Shown piece by piece: positions 9,988 to 20,647 of a stretch of 64,000 nt of DNA. The translations under genes were made by a program, and so were the position numbers. Source of the DNA: an uncultured Clostridia bacterium. Its GTDB lineage: Bacteria > Bacillota > Dehalobacteriia > UBA4068. Position 1 is the stretch's first letter, and every line of letters begins with the position of its first letter. The notes below the pieces were generated by a model, which did no database searches, was not told where the DNA came from, and saw only the letters and a list, made by a program, of their open reading frames with translations. The DNA lies in NCBI GenBank assembly GCA_944390945.1, contig CALXRV010000054.1:2542-66541 (forward strand), in the 5' to 3' direction.

Positions 9988-12174
9988 CTATTTCCCCTCT
10001 TTTTTATCCTTTTTATCCCGCCGGCGATGAACAACACGGCGCACTTCCAGCACATCGCGTACACGGGATACCCGCTGGATCAGATAGTCAAGCTGATCTT
10101 GCGATTTTACCTCCAGTTTCAAATAAACCGTGGAAATTTTTGTGCGTTTGTCAACAGAAACATGCACGCCGTTAACCGGAGTTTTTGTCTCTGCCATAAC
10201 TGCCATAATATCCATCAGCAGCCGTTCGCGATCCATGCAGACCGCTTCCATCTCCACCTGGAATACGCCTTCGCGAACCTCCCCCCAGGAAACGCCGATC
10301 ATCCGTTCCGGCTCGGTCTCCTGATAGCGCAAAGCGTTCGGACAGTCGCGACGATGAACCGATATGCCGCGCCCGCGGGTGACATAACCGATCACCGGTT
10401 CGCCGGGCAGTGGTTTGCAGCAGGCAGCAAGGCGCACCATCGCATCTTCCACACCGTCGACCACAATCCCCTCTGAAGTCGTTCGTTTATTTCCCGGCCG
10501 AACCTCTACCTGGGTCGGCTCTTCTTTTCTGTATTCGTCACGCAGTTTCGCCGCTACCGTATCTGCGCGTACCGTTCCTTCGCCGATCGCCGCCAGCAAG
10601 TCCTCTGGGGTCAGGCAGGTAAACCGTTTGGCAATCTCCATTAACGGGGGCTCCCGCAACATCTGCGCCGGGTCTAATCCCACCTTTTTGCATTCGCGGT
10701 CGAACATCTCACGCCCGATCACAATGTTTTCGTCCCGCTTTTCCTTACGGAACCACTGGCGTATCCGGTTTTTCGCCTGCTGCGTCTTGCACAGATTCAA
10801 CCAGTCGCGGCTGGGGCCGCGTCCTTTTGCCGTTAGAATCTCCACGATATCGCCATTTTGCAGTTCTGTATCCAGCGGCACCAGGCGATGATTGACCTTT
10901 GCGCCAACCGTCTGATGCCCAACCTGCGTATGTACGCGATAAGCGAAATCCAGCGGTACCGAGCCGGACGGCAGCTCATAGACATCGCCTTTGGGGCTGA
11001 AAACATAGATATAGTCATTGAAGAGGTCATGCTTGACCGTCTCCATGAATTCGCGGGAATCGCCGACCTCCTGCTGCCATTCCAGCATCTGGCGCAGCCA
11101 TTCTACCTTTTTATCAAAATCCGCATCCGCGCTTTTGCCTTCCTTATAACGCCAATGCGCCGCAATACCATATTCTGCAATACGATGCATGTCCCAGGTG
11201 CGGATCTGCACTTCAAACGGCATACCGTTGTCCGCAATCAAGGTAGTATGGATCGATTGGTACATATTCTGCTTCGGCATGGCGATATAATCTTTGAAGC
11301 GCCCCGGAATCGGCTTCCACAGCGTATGGATAATGCCCAACGATTCATAGCACTCGCGCACCGTATTGACGATGATCCGAATGGCATTAAGGTCAAAGAT
11401 CTCGCTCAACTCTTTTTGTTGGCGGCGCATTTTGTTGAAAATACTGTAATAGTTTTTGATGCGGCCATTCACTTCTGCCTTCACGCCAGCTTCAGCCAGC
11501 GCGCTGCGGATTCTGGCGATCTGCTCGTTGATAAAGCTGTCGCGTTCTTCCTTTTCCGCAGCCAGGCTCAGCTTGATATCGGCGATGCGCTCCGGCTCCA
11601 GCACCTGAATCGAAAGATCTTCCAGCTCGCTTTTGATCTTAAAGATACCCAGACGATGCGCAAGCGGTGCATAGATGGAGAGCGTCTCTTCCGCAATCTC
11701 CTTTTGCCGCAGCGGAGAACGGTGGCTGCTGATTGTCCGCATATTATGCAGGCGATCAGCCAGCTTGATCAAAATAATGCGGATATCGCTGGACATGGCC
11801 ATAAACATTTTGCGCAGGTTTTCCGCCTGCGCCTCATGCCTGGTACGGAACTCCAGCTTGTTCAGCTTGGTCACGCCATCCACCAAGACCAGCGTCTGAT
11901 GCCCAAACTTCTCTTCGATCTCCTCACGGCTAACCGAAGTATCTTCCACCACATCATGCAGCAGACCAGCGATGATCGTAGTATCATCGATCTGCATCGA
12001 AGCCAGGATCTCAGCCACGGCCAACGGATGGTTAATATATGGTTCGCCGCTGTCGCGCTTCTGTTCGCCATGCGCCTTCCGCGCCATCTCATAGGCGGCG
12101 CGGATCAGCTCGCTGTTGGAAGTCGGGTTATACGCCCGTACAGATTGGATGATATCGTCGATATTTGCAGCCAT
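9988..12174 (-). CDS. relA: bifunctional (p)ppGpp synthetase/hydrolase Rel
   Basis: HD domain (LLHDVVEDT), [19 protein letters not shown] and ACT domains; start ATG 12174. Confidence 0.97.
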   Translation of the reverse strand: MAANIDDIIQSVRAYNPTSNSELIRAAYEMARKAHGEQKRDSGEPYINHPLAVAEILASMQIDDTTIIAGLLHDVVEDTSVSREEIEEKFGHQTLVLVDGVTKLNKLEFRTRHEAQAENLRKMFMAMSSDIRIILIKLADRLHNMRTISSHRSPLRQKEIAEETLSIYAPLAHRLGIFKIKSELEDLSIQVLEPERIADIKLSLAAEKEERDSFINEQIARIRSALAEAGVKAEVNGRIKNYYSIFNKMRRQQKELSEIFDLNAIRIIVNTVRECYESLGIIHTLWKPIPGRFKDYIAMPKQNMYQSIHTTLIADNGMPFEVQIRTWDMHRIAEYGIAAHWRYKEGKSADADFDKKVEWLRQMLEWQQEVGDSREFMETVKHDLFNDYIYVFSPKGDVYELPSGSVPLDFAYRVHTQVGHQTVGAKVNHRLVPLDTELQNGDIVEILTAKGRGPSRDWLNLCKTQQAKNRIRQWFRKEKRDENIVIGREMFDRECKKVGLDPAQMLREPPLMEIAKRFTCLTPEDLLAAIGEGTVRADTVAAKLRDEYRKEEPTQVEVRPGNKRTTSEGIVVDGVEDAMVRLAACCKPLPGEPVIGYVTRGRGISVHRRDCPNALRYQETEPERMIGVSWGEVREGVFQVEMEAVCMDRERLLMDIMAVMAETKTPVNGVHVSVDKRTKISTVYLKLEVKSQDQLDYLIQRVSRVRDVLEVRRVVHRRRDKKDKKEGK

Positions 12175-12210
12175 ATCCCCACCTGCGCACCGGCTGCATT
12201 GCAGCCCGGC

Positions 12211-12245
12211 CCTGTTCGCGGATATCAAAATCCTGTTCGCAGATA
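12211..12245 (-). repeat. 14-bp imperfect direct repeat upstream of rel
   Basis: Minus strand TATCTGCGAACAGG and TATCCGCGAACAGG, starts 21 bp apart. Confidence 0.7.
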
Positions 12246-12308
12246 CCGAAATAAAGAAACAGGGCATATTGCTACGCCCCATTTCAGATAGAGACTGTTC
12301 AATGCGAA

Positions 12309-13100
12309 TCAAAAACGGCGATGTGTTGCCTGTACATGTTCCAGCTCTTCCAGCAGATAATCGTTAAGAACACGGATATAGGTGCCTTTCATCCCCAAAG
12401 AACGGACTTCCACCACGCCGGCAGATTCCAACTTACGCAGGGCATTGACGATCACCGAACGGGTGATGCCCACCTTATCCGCAATTTTTGAGGCCACGAG
12501 CAGGCCATTGCTACCGCCCAATTCATTAAAGATATGCTCGACCGCTTCCAGCTCAGAATAGGAAAGCGTATCAAAGGCGATCGAGACAACCGCTTTCTGC
12601 CGTGCGGTCTCCTCGATTTTTTCCACACGAGCCCGCAGAATTTCAGAACCAATGACCGTTGCGCCCAATTCGGCCAGAACCAAATCATCGCTGTCAAATT
12701 CACCAGATTTAGAGAGCATCAACGTACCGACACGCTGTCCGCCGCCGGTAATTGGAACCACAGTCGTATATTTGTTTTTCAAAAAGCAGGAATTATGCAC
12801 GCCGAAAACACAACTGCCCTCGCGGTCGATATTGACCTGCGTTTCTGTTGTACGCAGCAATTCATCATTGTATTGATCCGGATAATGCGCATCCAGTTTC
12901 ACAATATCTTCCATCGTCGGGCAGTAAAAATTATCCATAAACGCATAGCCCAAAACCTTGCCTTTACGACCGATAATATAGACATTTGCATTGATATTCC
13001 GGCACATCGTTTCCGCCATTTCCGCGAAACTGATCGGATGTCCCGCTGCCTTCTGGATTATCTTGTTGATTTCTCTAGTCTTATCGAGTAAGCTCTTCAT
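12309..13100 (-). CDS. codY: GTP/branched-chain amino acid-sensing repressor CodY
   Basis: SLLDKTREIN GAF domain; HTH ASKIADKVGITRSVIVNALRKLESAGVVEVRSLGMKGT. Confidence 0.98.
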   Translation of the reverse strand: MKSLLDKTREINKIIQKAAGHPISFAEMAETMCRNINANVYIIGRKGKVLGYAFMDNFYCPTMEDIVKLDAHYPDQYNDELLRTTETQVNIDREGSCVFGVHNSCFLKNKYTTVVPITGGGQRVGTLMLSKSGEFDSDDLVLAELGATVIGSEILRARVEKIEETARQKAVVSIAFDTLSYSELEAVEHIFNELGGSNGLLVASKIADKVGITRSVIVNALRKLESAGVVEVRSLGMKGTYIRVLNDYLLEELEHVQATHRRF

Positions 13101-13146
13101 CTTATTTCCACTCCTGTTGTTTATTCACTGGCCAAAAGATATTCAA

Positions 13147-14229
13147 TTATTTTTCGCGCCTTAAAAAGGTGGGCAAGTCCAAATCCTCCAAAGCAAGCGG
13201 TTTCAGCACCGCTTCACCAACGTCGCCGGAAAACTTGCTCTTGCTCTTCGCCGGATTGACCGTCACCGGATTACGATTGTCAAAGCCGGTTGCGATCACC
13301 GTTACCTTGATCGCATCTTCCAATTCCTCATCCACGCCAGCACCAAAGATGATCTGCGCATCCGGATCAGCCACTTCATAGATGTACTTCGCAGCATCAT
13401 TTGCTTCCAGCATGCTCATATTCGGTGAACCGGTGATCGAAAGCAGAATGCCTTTTGCGCCTTTGATACTCGTTTCCAGCATCGAACTGGAAATAGCGTC
13501 TGCCGCAGCATCCACTGCCTTCGTATCGCCACGCGCCATACCAATCCCCATCCAGGCGGAACCAGCATCGCTCATGATCGACTTCACATCCGCAAAGTCC
13601 AGGTTGATCAAAGCCGGCTTGCTGATCAAATCGGAGATACCCTGTACGCCCTGGCGCAGCACGTCATCCGCCATCATGAAGGCATCCTGCATTGTCGTCT
13701 TTTTATCCACGATCTGCAACAATTTATCATTGGGAATGGTGATCAGCGTATCCACGCTGTTCTTCAGTTCACTAATTCCCATCTCTGCCTGCTGCGCACG
13801 ACGACGCCCCTCGAAACCGAACGGTTTTGTCACCACACCAACCGTCAATGCGCCCTGTGCCTTGGCCAAGGCGGCGATGACCGGAGCCGCCCCCGTACCG
13901 GTGCCACCGCCCATACCTGCGGTAACGAACACCATATCTGCGCCATCCAACAGCGCTTCTATTTCTCCGCGGCTTTCCTCCGCCGCTTTCTTGCCGACTT
14001 CCGGATTTCCGCCTGCGCCCAGGCCCTTGGTCAATTTCGGACCGATCTGCAATACGGTCTCCGCACCAGAATATCCCAGCGCTTGCAGATCTGTATTGAC
14101 GGCGATAAAATCCACGCCGGTAAGATTATTCTTGATCATCCGATTTACTGCATTGCTGCCGCCGCCGCCGATGCCGATAACTTTAATTTTTGCGAACTGG
14201 CTGGCTAAATTGTCTTCAAACAGCAGCAT
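13147..14229 (-). CDS. ftsZ: cell division protein FtsZ
   Basis: [30 protein letters not shown]-terminal LDLPTFLRR. Confidence 0.99.
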   Translation of the reverse strand: MLLFEDNLASQFAKIKVIGIGGGGSNAVNRMIKNNLTGVDFIAVNTDLQALGYSGAETVLQIGPKLTKGLGAGGNPEVGKKAAEESRGEIEALLDGADMVFVTAGMGGGTGTGAAPVIAALAKAQGALTVGVVTKPFGFEGRRRAQQAEMGISELKNSVDTLITIPNDKLLQIVDKKTTMQDAFMMADDVLRQGVQGISDLISKPALINLDFADVKSIMSDAGSAWMGIGMARGDTKAVDAAADAISSSMLETSIKGAKGILLSITGSPNMSMLEANDAAKYIYEVADPDAQIIFGAGVDEELEDAIKVTVIATGFDNRNPVTVNPAKSKSKFSGDVGEAVLKPLALEDLDLPTFLRREK

Positions 14230-14295
14230 CCCAAAACCTCCTTAGCTACGCCTGCACATGGAATAAGGACATAGCAGGCGAATTTCTCCATATCA

Positions 14296-14324
14296 TATTT
14301 CTGCGTAAAACTGCATTTCCCTGC
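14296..14324 (-). promoter_or_regulatory. SigH-like promoter upstream of ftsZ
   Basis: Minus strand GCAGGGAAA-N11-GCAGAAATA; Bacillus ftsAZ has a SigH promoter. Confidence 0.5.
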
Positions 14325-14353
14325 TCAGGAAATAAGAATCAAAGAAAGAATCT

Positions 14354-15127
14354 TTAGTAAAATACGGGTTTAGTGTAAATGCTGACATCAATATAGTGGA
14401 TCAGGCGGTCGCTATTGCGCTGCGCATCATCCAGAATCGTACTGTAGGCAAGATACTTTGCCGCAAAATCAGTACTGTCGCCCAGGCGAATCTCCGTTCC
14501 ATTCATTGTATACAATTTGATATACTGCGTGTTCGTGACGTCAATCTCGCCAATATCCGCCGCATCAGCTGGGAGTGACCGCAGAATCTCCAGCGCAGCA
14601 TCAATTCCTTCTCCTTCGATCCAGCTTCCAGCGGATGTTGGCGTCTCGCTAAGATCTACACCGGAAATCAACGGCAGGTCCATCTCGCTAATCACATAAT
14701 AGCGGGCAAGGATTCGCCCTTCCGCATCGATCTCAATCATCACCAAACCGGCATTGAGCAAAGCAACCGGCTGGCGTTCTTCTACTTCGATCAAAACCGT
14801 ATCTGGCCAAACCCGTCTGACTTCAGCTGATTTTACACGCGGCTCCACACGCAACCATTCTTCTGCATAGCGCGGGGTGACCGCAAACAGGCTGCCGCCA
14901 ATCTGAAAACCAGACAATTCGATCAGACGTTCAGAAGCGATGTGATCATTGCCGCTGACTTCGATATGGGCGACGGCAAAAAAATCCGAACGAGCGAAAA
15001 AATACCCGGCAAACAGACAAGCCACCAGCAAAACCAGCAATAATATCCAACGCGTGCTGCCCGCGCGACGACGCCTGGCGCGGTATTCCCGAATATCCGT
15101 GATCTCTTTCTGCCGGTTCACTTGCAT
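14354..15127 (-). CDS. ftsQ: cell division protein FtsQ/DivIB
   Basis: Basic N-tail, one TM, POTRA (IEVSGN...VRRVWPDTVLIEVEERQPVA), terminal YIDVS. Confidence 0.9.
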   Translation of the reverse strand: MQVNRQKEITDIREYRARRRRAGSTRWILLLVLLVACLFAGYFFARSDFFAVAHIEVSGNDHIASERLIELSGFQIGGSLFAVTPRYAEEWLRVEPRVKSAEVRRVWPDTVLIEVEERQPVALLNAGLVMIEIDAEGRILARYYVISEMDLPLISGVDLSETPTSAGSWIEGEGIDAALEILRSLPADAADIGEIDVTNTQYIKLYTMNGTEIRLGDSTDFAAKYLAYSTILDDAQRNSDRLIHYIDVSIYTKPVFY

Positions 15128-15265
15128 CGTTTTTTTGCCCCATGAATCTGGATACCGTCCTCTGGACGCAACTTTCTTTTTTTATTATAGCAGAGATAAG
15201 AAGCGAATGCGAGTTGTTTTTATCGCGAAATATCTGATTTCCGGCAGCCGACCGGTATACTGCGA

Positions 15266-15295
15266 TTGACAAACCGTCTGGCATGCGTATATAAT
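15266..15295 (+). promoter_or_regulatory. SigA promoter for hisS-aspS
   Basis: TTGACA-N18-TATAAT. Confidence 0.7.
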
Positions 15296-15407
15296 ATTTT
15301 AGTTAATGCCGTTTGCCCATCCTTTGCGTTCAGTGCAGGAGCAAGCTGGGCAAAGACGGTGGCCGGCGTTTTGCCGGCAGATCTTATCAGGAAAGCAAGG
15401 GGCTGTT

Positions 15408-16667
15408 ATGTCGATCAACAGACCGCGGGGCACGAACGATATTCTGCCCGGCGAAAGCGAAAAGTGGCAAGCCGTAGAGGCGCTGCTGCGTACGATCGCA
15501 GCGGAATATGGTTTCCGCGAACTGCGTACGCCGATTTTTGAAGAGACCGAGCTTTTTGCACGCGGCGTAGGAGATACTACCGATATCGTGCAAAAAGAAA
15601 TGTATACTTTTGATGACCATGGCGGTCGTTCTATCACGTTGCGGCCGGAAAACACGGCTTCCGCTTGCCGCGCCTATCTGGAAAACAAGCTTTATGGCGC
15701 GGTGCAGCCGGTTAAACTGTTTTATATTGGGCCGATGTTCCGCTACGAAAAACCTCAGGCCGGACGTTTCCGGCAGTTTCATCAGTTTGGGCTGGAGATC
15801 TTCGGTACGGCAGCAGCAGCGGCAGATGCGGAGATCATTGCCTTTGCCTGGGATCTTTATCACCGGCTGGGCATCCGCGACCTGCGGTTGCGGCTAAACA
15901 GCGTCGGTTGCCCTGCCTGCCGCCCGGCATATCGCGAGGCATTGCAGGACTATTTCCGCCCCTATCTGGACAGGCTCTGCCCTTCCTGCCGCGAACGTTT
16001 TTTCAGAAATCCCCTGCGTATTCTGGATTGTAAAAGCGAGATCTGCCGTGAGATCGGCAAGGATGCGCCCTCGATCATCGATTATCTTTGTGAGGATTGC
16101 AGCAGCCACTTTGCACAGGTAAAACAGCTGCTTACCGCGGCAGATATTCCTTATACGCTCGATACCCGCATGGTGCGCGGTCTGGATTATTATACAAAAA
16201 CCGCTTTTGAGATCGAAGTTGCGAAAATCGGCGCTCAGGCTGCAGTCTGCGGCGGCGGTCGCTACGACGGGCTGATTGAAGAACTGGGCGGCGGGCATAT
16301 CCCCGGCGTGGGCTTCGCGCTCGGTATCGAACGCATCTTTTCTGCACTGGCCAGCCAGGGCGATGATATCGAGACGGAACAAAACCTTGACGTTTACCTC
16401 GTCGTTGCTGGCGGTGCCGATGCTGCCGCACTCGCCTTTCGCGTAGCAGACCAGCTGCGCCGCGCAGGCGTCAGCTGCGAGCTGGACTATGGGGAAAAAG
16501 GCTTTAAGGCGCAGATGAAGGCTGCTAACCGCCTGGGGGCGGCATATGCTGCAATCGTTGGCGAAGACGAAGTCAAAGCTGACAGCGTCACCGTCAAAAA
16601 TATGGAAAACGGCGAGCAGGCAGCGATCCCTCTCGCGGAAATCAAGCAATATTTTTTACAACGGTAA
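15408..16667 (+). CDS. hisS: histidine--tRNA ligase
   Basis: RPRGTNDILP, LRPENTAS, FRYEKPQAGRFRQFHQ, VRGLDYY, GGGRYDGL. Confidence 0.98.
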   Translation: MSINRPRGTNDILPGESEKWQAVEALLRTIAAEYGFRELRTPIFEETELFARGVGDTTDIVQKEMYTFDDHGGRSITLRPENTASACRAYLENKLYGAVQPVKLFYIGPMFRYEKPQAGRFRQFHQFGLEIFGTAAAAADAEIIAFAWDLYHRLGIRDLRLRLNSVGCPACRPAYREALQDYFRPYLDRLCPSCRERFFRNPLRILDCKSEICREIGKDAPSIIDYLCEDCSSHFAQVKQLLTAADIPYTLDTRMVRGLDYYTKTAFEIEVAKIGAQAAVCGGGRYDGLIEELGGGHIPGVGFALGIERIFSALASQGDDIETEQNLDVYLVVAGGADAAALAFRVADQLRRAGVSCELDYGEKGFKAQMKAANRLGAAYAAIVGEDEVKADSVTVKNMENGEQAAIPLAEIKQYFLQR

Positions 16668-16682
16668 AGGAGTAAAACAGCC

Positions 16683-18473
16683 ATGACGGAAACCCTGATG
16701 AAACGAACCGACTATTGCGGCAGCCTGCGTTTGGCGGATGCCGGACGCGAAGTCGTACTCTGCGGCTGGGTGCAGCGCAGCCGTGACCATGGCGGCCTGA
16801 TCTTTATCGATCTGCGTGACCGCGAAGGGCTGGTTCAGGTCGTATTTGACCCCACGCTGGATGCGGACACTTTTGCCCAGGCTGAAGCTGCGCGCAGCGA
16901 ATATGTGCTCCAGGTGCGCGGTCTTGTCCGGCCGCGGCCGGAAGATACGGCTAACCCCAATTTGGCAACGGGCGAGATCGAAGTGCTTTGTCACAAAATG
17001 ATTACCCTCAACAAATCCAAGACGCCTCCTTTTTATATCGAAGATGACGTTAATGTCGATGAACTGCTGCGTCTGCGCTACCGCTATCTTGACTTGCGGC
17101 GACCCGTGATGCAGGATGCGTTACGCCTGCGCCATAAGACCGCTTTTGCCATCCGTCAATTCCTCGACCGGGAAGGCTTCTACGAAATTGAGACGCCCAT
17201 GCTGTGCAAAAGTTCACCGGAAGGCGCGCGTGATTATCTCGTCCCTTCCCGCGTACACCCGGGCGAATTCTATGCCTTGCCGCAAAGCCCTCAGCTCTTC
17301 AAACAGATTCTAATGGTCTCCGGCATGGATAAATATTTTCAGATTGCGCGTTGTTTCCGCGATGAGGACCTGCGCGCCGACCGTCAGCCGGAATTTACGC
17401 AGCTCGATATGGAGATGAGCTTTGTCCGGGAAGAAGATGTGCGTGAAGTCTGCGAGCGGCTGCTGCAATTCGTATTCAAGCAGGCGCTGGGGCGTGATAT
17501 TCCCATTCCCTTCCCCGTCCTGCCCTATGCAGAGGCTATGCGCCGGTTCGGCTCCGATAAACCGGATCTGCGTTTTGGGATGGAACTGATCGATATCGCC
17601 GATATCGCTGCGGAAAGTGAGTTCACCACCTTTGCCGCTGTCGCCAAAAAAGGTGGTTGGGTCTGCGGTATTAACGCCAAAGGCGCGCGCTTCTCGCGGC
17701 GTACAATGGACGATCTGAAGGATTATGTTGCTGTTTACGGCGCACGCGGCCTGGCCTATATCATGGTGGAAGAAGATGGGCTGAAATCGCCGATTGCCAA
17801 ATTCTTCACGCAGGAACAGCTGGATGCGATCTGCAACCGCATGGGCGCCGAAGCGGGTGACGTTTTGATGTTCGTTGCGGCAGACCCGGCGATCACGGCA
17901 GACAGCTTAGGGCATCTGCGCTGTGAAGTGGCAAAACGGCTCGGGCTGATCGACGAAAACGAACTTTGCTTCCTCTGGGTGACCGATTTCCCGATGATGG
18001 AATTTGACAACGAAGAAAACCGTTGGAAAGCGGTGCACCACCCCTTCACCATGGTGAAGGATGAGGATCTGCCGATCCTGATGGAGCAGCCGGACAAGGC
18101 TCGTGCAAAAGCCTACGACTGCATCCTCAATGGCTGCGAGCTGGGCGGCGGTTCCATCCGTATCCACCAGCGTGATGTGCAGGAAAAGATCTTCCAGCTG
18201 CTTGGTCTTTCAGAAGAAGAAAGCCGCGAAAAATTCGGTTATTTGCTCGATGCGTTTGAATACGGGACGCCGCCGCATGGCGGTCTGGCTTTTGGTCTTG
18301 ACCGTATGGTAATGCTGATGAGCAATAAGGAAAGCATCCGTGATGTGATCGCCTTCCCCAAAACGCAAAGCGCCACCGATATGATGACGCAGGCGCCGGG
18401 CAGCGTTTCGCTCAAGCAGCTGCGGGAGCTGCATATCCGCCCAGTACAGCGGGAAAAGAAGGAGCAGCAGTAA
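16683..18473 (+). CDS. aspS: aspartate--tRNA ligase (probably non-discriminating Asp/Asn type)
   Basis: [13 protein letters not shown] (His variant), [35 protein letters not shown]. Confidence 0.98.
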   Translation: MTETLMKRTDYCGSLRLADAGREVVLCGWVQRSRDHGGLIFIDLRDREGLVQVVFDPTLDADTFAQAEAARSEYVLQVRGLVRPRPEDTANPNLATGEIEVLCHKMITLNKSKTPPFYIEDDVNVDELLRLRYRYLDLRRPVMQDALRLRHKTAFAIRQFLDREGFYEIETPMLCKSSPEGARDYLVPSRVHPGEFYALPQSPQLFKQILMVSGMDKYFQIARCFRDEDLRADRQPEFTQLDMEMSFVREEDVREVCERLLQFVFKQALGRDIPIPFPVLPYAEAMRRFGSDKPDLRFGMELIDIADIAAESEFTTFAAVAKKGGWVCGINAKGARFSRRTMDDLKDYVAVYGARGLAYIMVEEDGLKSPIAKFFTQEQLDAICNRMGAEAGDVLMFVAADPAITADSLGHLRCEVAKRLGLIDENELCFLWVTDFPMMEFDNEENRWKAVHHPFTMVKDEDLPILMEQPDKARAKAYDCILNGCELGGGSIRIHQRDVQEKIFQLLGLSEEESREKFGYLLDAFEYGTPPHGGLAFGLDRMVMLMSNKESIRDVIAFPKTQSATDMMTQAPGSVSLKQLRELHIRPVQREKKEQQ

Positions 18474-18479
18474 ACCAGC

Positions 18480-18507
18480 GGGACGGCATACGGCCGTCCC
18501 GTTTTTC
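18480..18507 (+). terminator. intrinsic terminator after aspS
   Basis: GGGACGGC-atacg-GCCGTCCC followed by GTTTTT. Confidence 0.75.
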
Positions 18508-18588
18508 ATCTGTGCCTGACGACGAACAAAGCTTGATAAACCAGGCAAAATCAGGAAAACATATCCGCGGAAATGAGGAGGAAGAAAA

Positions 18589-19485
18589 ATGCAGGATGAT
18601 TGCATGCAGATCCGCAGCCAGATGCCTGCTGTAGCTAGCCGACAGGCCGATACGGAAACGCGTAACGCGGTTGCCGCGCATCTGACTTATTGCCGGGAAT
18701 GCGCGCGCTATTATAAGCAAGCCGTGGAAGCCATGCCAAATGCCCTTACCCTAGAGGAACTCCTGTCCGGCGATATTCCATTGCAGACAAAAGCATCGGC
18801 AGAGGATGCGCTAAAGCAGAAGCAACCGCATAGCCGCAGTCTACTGCTACTGCCGGTTGTCGCGGTCCTGCTTGTGCTGTTGCTGCAGGGCATGGTGACC
18901 GGTCATGGCCGTTTTTCAGCTAGCGCAGCAATCCATACCGCGCTGAGCACGGCAACAGAAGCCACTCCGCTCGCTAGCTTTGCCCTGGAGGAGGAGCAGT
19001 TGTTCCTGTTCAGCTCAGGCGATGCAGATACCACTTCGCTGCTGCTCTGCACGGCAAATTACCGTTTTCCGCTCTGGTATGCAGATCAACAGGTTGGCGG
19101 AACATGGGATACGAGCGGCATGATGCAGGCCATCGGCTGGCAGTCCGCTACAGCGGCCGGAGAAGAAGGGGCTATGGATACAGGTTTTAGTCTGCTTTTC
19201 TGGCAAAGCCTTGACCCTGCCGTCGCTTATGTTGAATGGCAATTGGCAGACGGCACCTTGCGCATGGATGCCCCGCCGGTGCAGGAGGACGGTAGCCCCA
19301 CTCCGGTCTGGCAGCTTGTTGCTGGCCGACAGGCCTTTGTGCCTGACGGCTCTGCCACAGCCCCAATTATCGCTTACGACAAAGCTGGTCAGCCATTGTA
19401 TGCACTATCCGCTGTTGCATCTGCAGCCGACGGCATATCTACAACAACGGTATTTGCGCTCTCTTGGCAGACTGTGGCAAAGTAA
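18589..19485 (+). CDS. zf-HC2 (ZAS) anti-sigma-like membrane protein
   Basis: N-terminal C...HLTYCREC (HxxxCxxC), one TM, extracytoplasmic C-domain; SD GAGGAGG. Confidence 0.65.
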   Translation: MQDDCMQIRSQMPAVASRQADTETRNAVAAHLTYCRECARYYKQAVEAMPNALTLEELLSGDIPLQTKASAEDALKQKQPHSRSLLLLPVVAVLLVLLLQGMVTGHGRFSASAAIHTALSTATEATPLASFALEEEQLFLFSSGDADTTSLLLCTANYRFPLWYADQQVGGTWDTSGMMQAIGWQSATAAGEEGAMDTGFSLLFWQSLDPAVAYVEWQLADGTLRMDAPPVQEDGSPTPVWQLVAGRQAFVPDGSATAPIIAYDKAGQPLYALSAVASAADGISTTTVFALSWQTVAK

Positions 19486-19530
19486 AAATTACTTTCATAA
19501 AAATCAGGCAAATTTTGGCTTGTCTCCCCA

Positions 19531-19559
19531 TTGTGATTTATGCCTACCTGTGATATAAT
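19531..19559 (+). promoter_or_regulatory. SigA promoter of 6S RNA
   Basis: TTGTGA-N17-TATAAT with extended TG. Confidence 0.75.
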
Positions 19560-19565
19560 AAATTC

Positions 19566-19745
19566 AGTCCCCGATGTTGATTGCGGTTCGCGCGTTTTGA
19601 CCCAACACCTTATATATGGGATTCTGTACTCCGTGTGCCGCCGGTAAGCCTCGCAAGGTCAGTGGACATCGAACGTACGCGGGAGGAAACCCACCTGCAC
19701 CTAGCAGGTTACAAAACAGCGGCCGCCGGCTCGGGGATGCACCGT
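19566..19745 (+). ncRNA. ssrS: 6S RNA
   Basis: About 180 nt; 5' GTCCCCGA pairs with 3' TCGGGGAT; CCCACCTG...AGCAGGTT element typical of Firmicute 6S; own promoter and terminator; downstream of aspS as usual. Confidence 0.88.
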
Positions 19746-19781
19746 AAAAAACCGCCTGTTCCATTCTGACAGGCGGTTTCC
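19746..19781 (+). terminator. terminator of 6S RNA
   Basis: AAACCGCCTGT-tccattctg-ACAGGCGGTTT. Confidence 0.75.
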
Positions 19782-19842
19782 CTATCTCTGCCGTAAAACA
19801 TACCGGCAAATGCACCGCGAATCCCTGCAACAGGAGGGAAAA

Positions 19843-20565
19843 ATGCAATATGTTTTTCAGATCAACACTTTAGACCAGAAAACGCTGCTGCCACAGCTTA
19901 GCCAGGCTTTACAAAAGCGTACCGAGCTGCTCTCGCGGCAAAAGTATCCCAGCCTCTGGCATAAGCATGACTACATCACCGCGCAGCAGAAAATGCCGCC
20001 GGATGTCCTGCTGCAGCGCCGCCGCCGCTACCGTATCTATGGCATGATTTTGTTGCTGCTGGGCTTCTTTTTGCTCATCCCCGCGCTGACTGCGCCAAAA
20101 GAGCTGATGACGCCCCTCTTGGCCGGAATACTAGGCGTCGTTTTCGGTGGCCTCGCCCTGTATCGATCGCGGACGCAAAACCGCAAATTGCCGCTGCAGC
20201 ATCGTTTTGCCCAATCTGCGCAAAAACTGCTCTTGCATCAACAGCAGGCATTACCCGCTGAAGTCTGTTTTTCTGACGAAGGTATGCAGCTGGCGGCAGA
20301 CTCTGTTATTCCCTATGCGGAGATCGATTGCCTGATCATAACTACCGATGCATTTCTGCTCACCTGGCAGGAGCAAGTTGTCTTTCTGCCTGTCCTGGCT
20401 TTGCAGAACAATGCTGTATCCACAGCGGATGATTCTCCTGCTGCAGCAAAAGATCGCGCAGTCGCGCCCGGCGATCCTGCAACCTGTTTCCTGGCCTTTT
20501 TTGAAGCCAAATTACGCCCAACAGTTTTGCTTGCCGATATCCGTCAGCCAGAAAGCTGCCGTTGA
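19843..20565 (+). CDS. hypothetical membrane protein (2 TM, possible YcxB-like C-domain)
   Basis: SD CAGGAGG; two hydrophobic helices followed by EVCFSDEGMQL...IPYAEI. Confidence 0.7.
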   Translation: MQYVFQINTLDQKTLLPQLSQALQKRTELLSRQKYPSLWHKHDYITAQQKMPPDVLLQRRRRYRIYGMILLLLGFFLLIPALTAPKELMTPLLAGILGVVFGGLALYRSRTQNRKLPLQHRFAQSAQKLLLHQQQALPAEVCFSDEGMQLAADSVIPYAEIDCLIITTDAFLLTWQEQVVFLPVLALQNNAVSTADDSPAAAKDRAVAPGDPATCFLAFFEAKLRPTVLLADIRQPESCR

Positions 20566-20610
20566 GGCGGACCGTCTGCCAGTAAACAACAAACCATCAT
20601 CCACCCGGAC

Positions 20611-20647
20611 AACAACAAAGCCCGCGCACTGCGCGGGCTTTGTTGTT
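20611..20647. terminator. bidirectional terminator, perfect 17-bp inverted repeat
   Basis: AACAACAAAGCCCGCGC-act-GCGCGGGCTTTGTTGTT between convergent genes. Confidence 0.85.

Noticed and set aside
10858-12291. 477-aa plus-strand ORF
   Set aside because: Antisense shadow of rel; no motifs or SD; expected from codon bias.
19564-19848. Short ORFs 19564-19848(-) and 19581-19769(+)
   Set aside because: They overlap the 6S RNA and are better explained by it.
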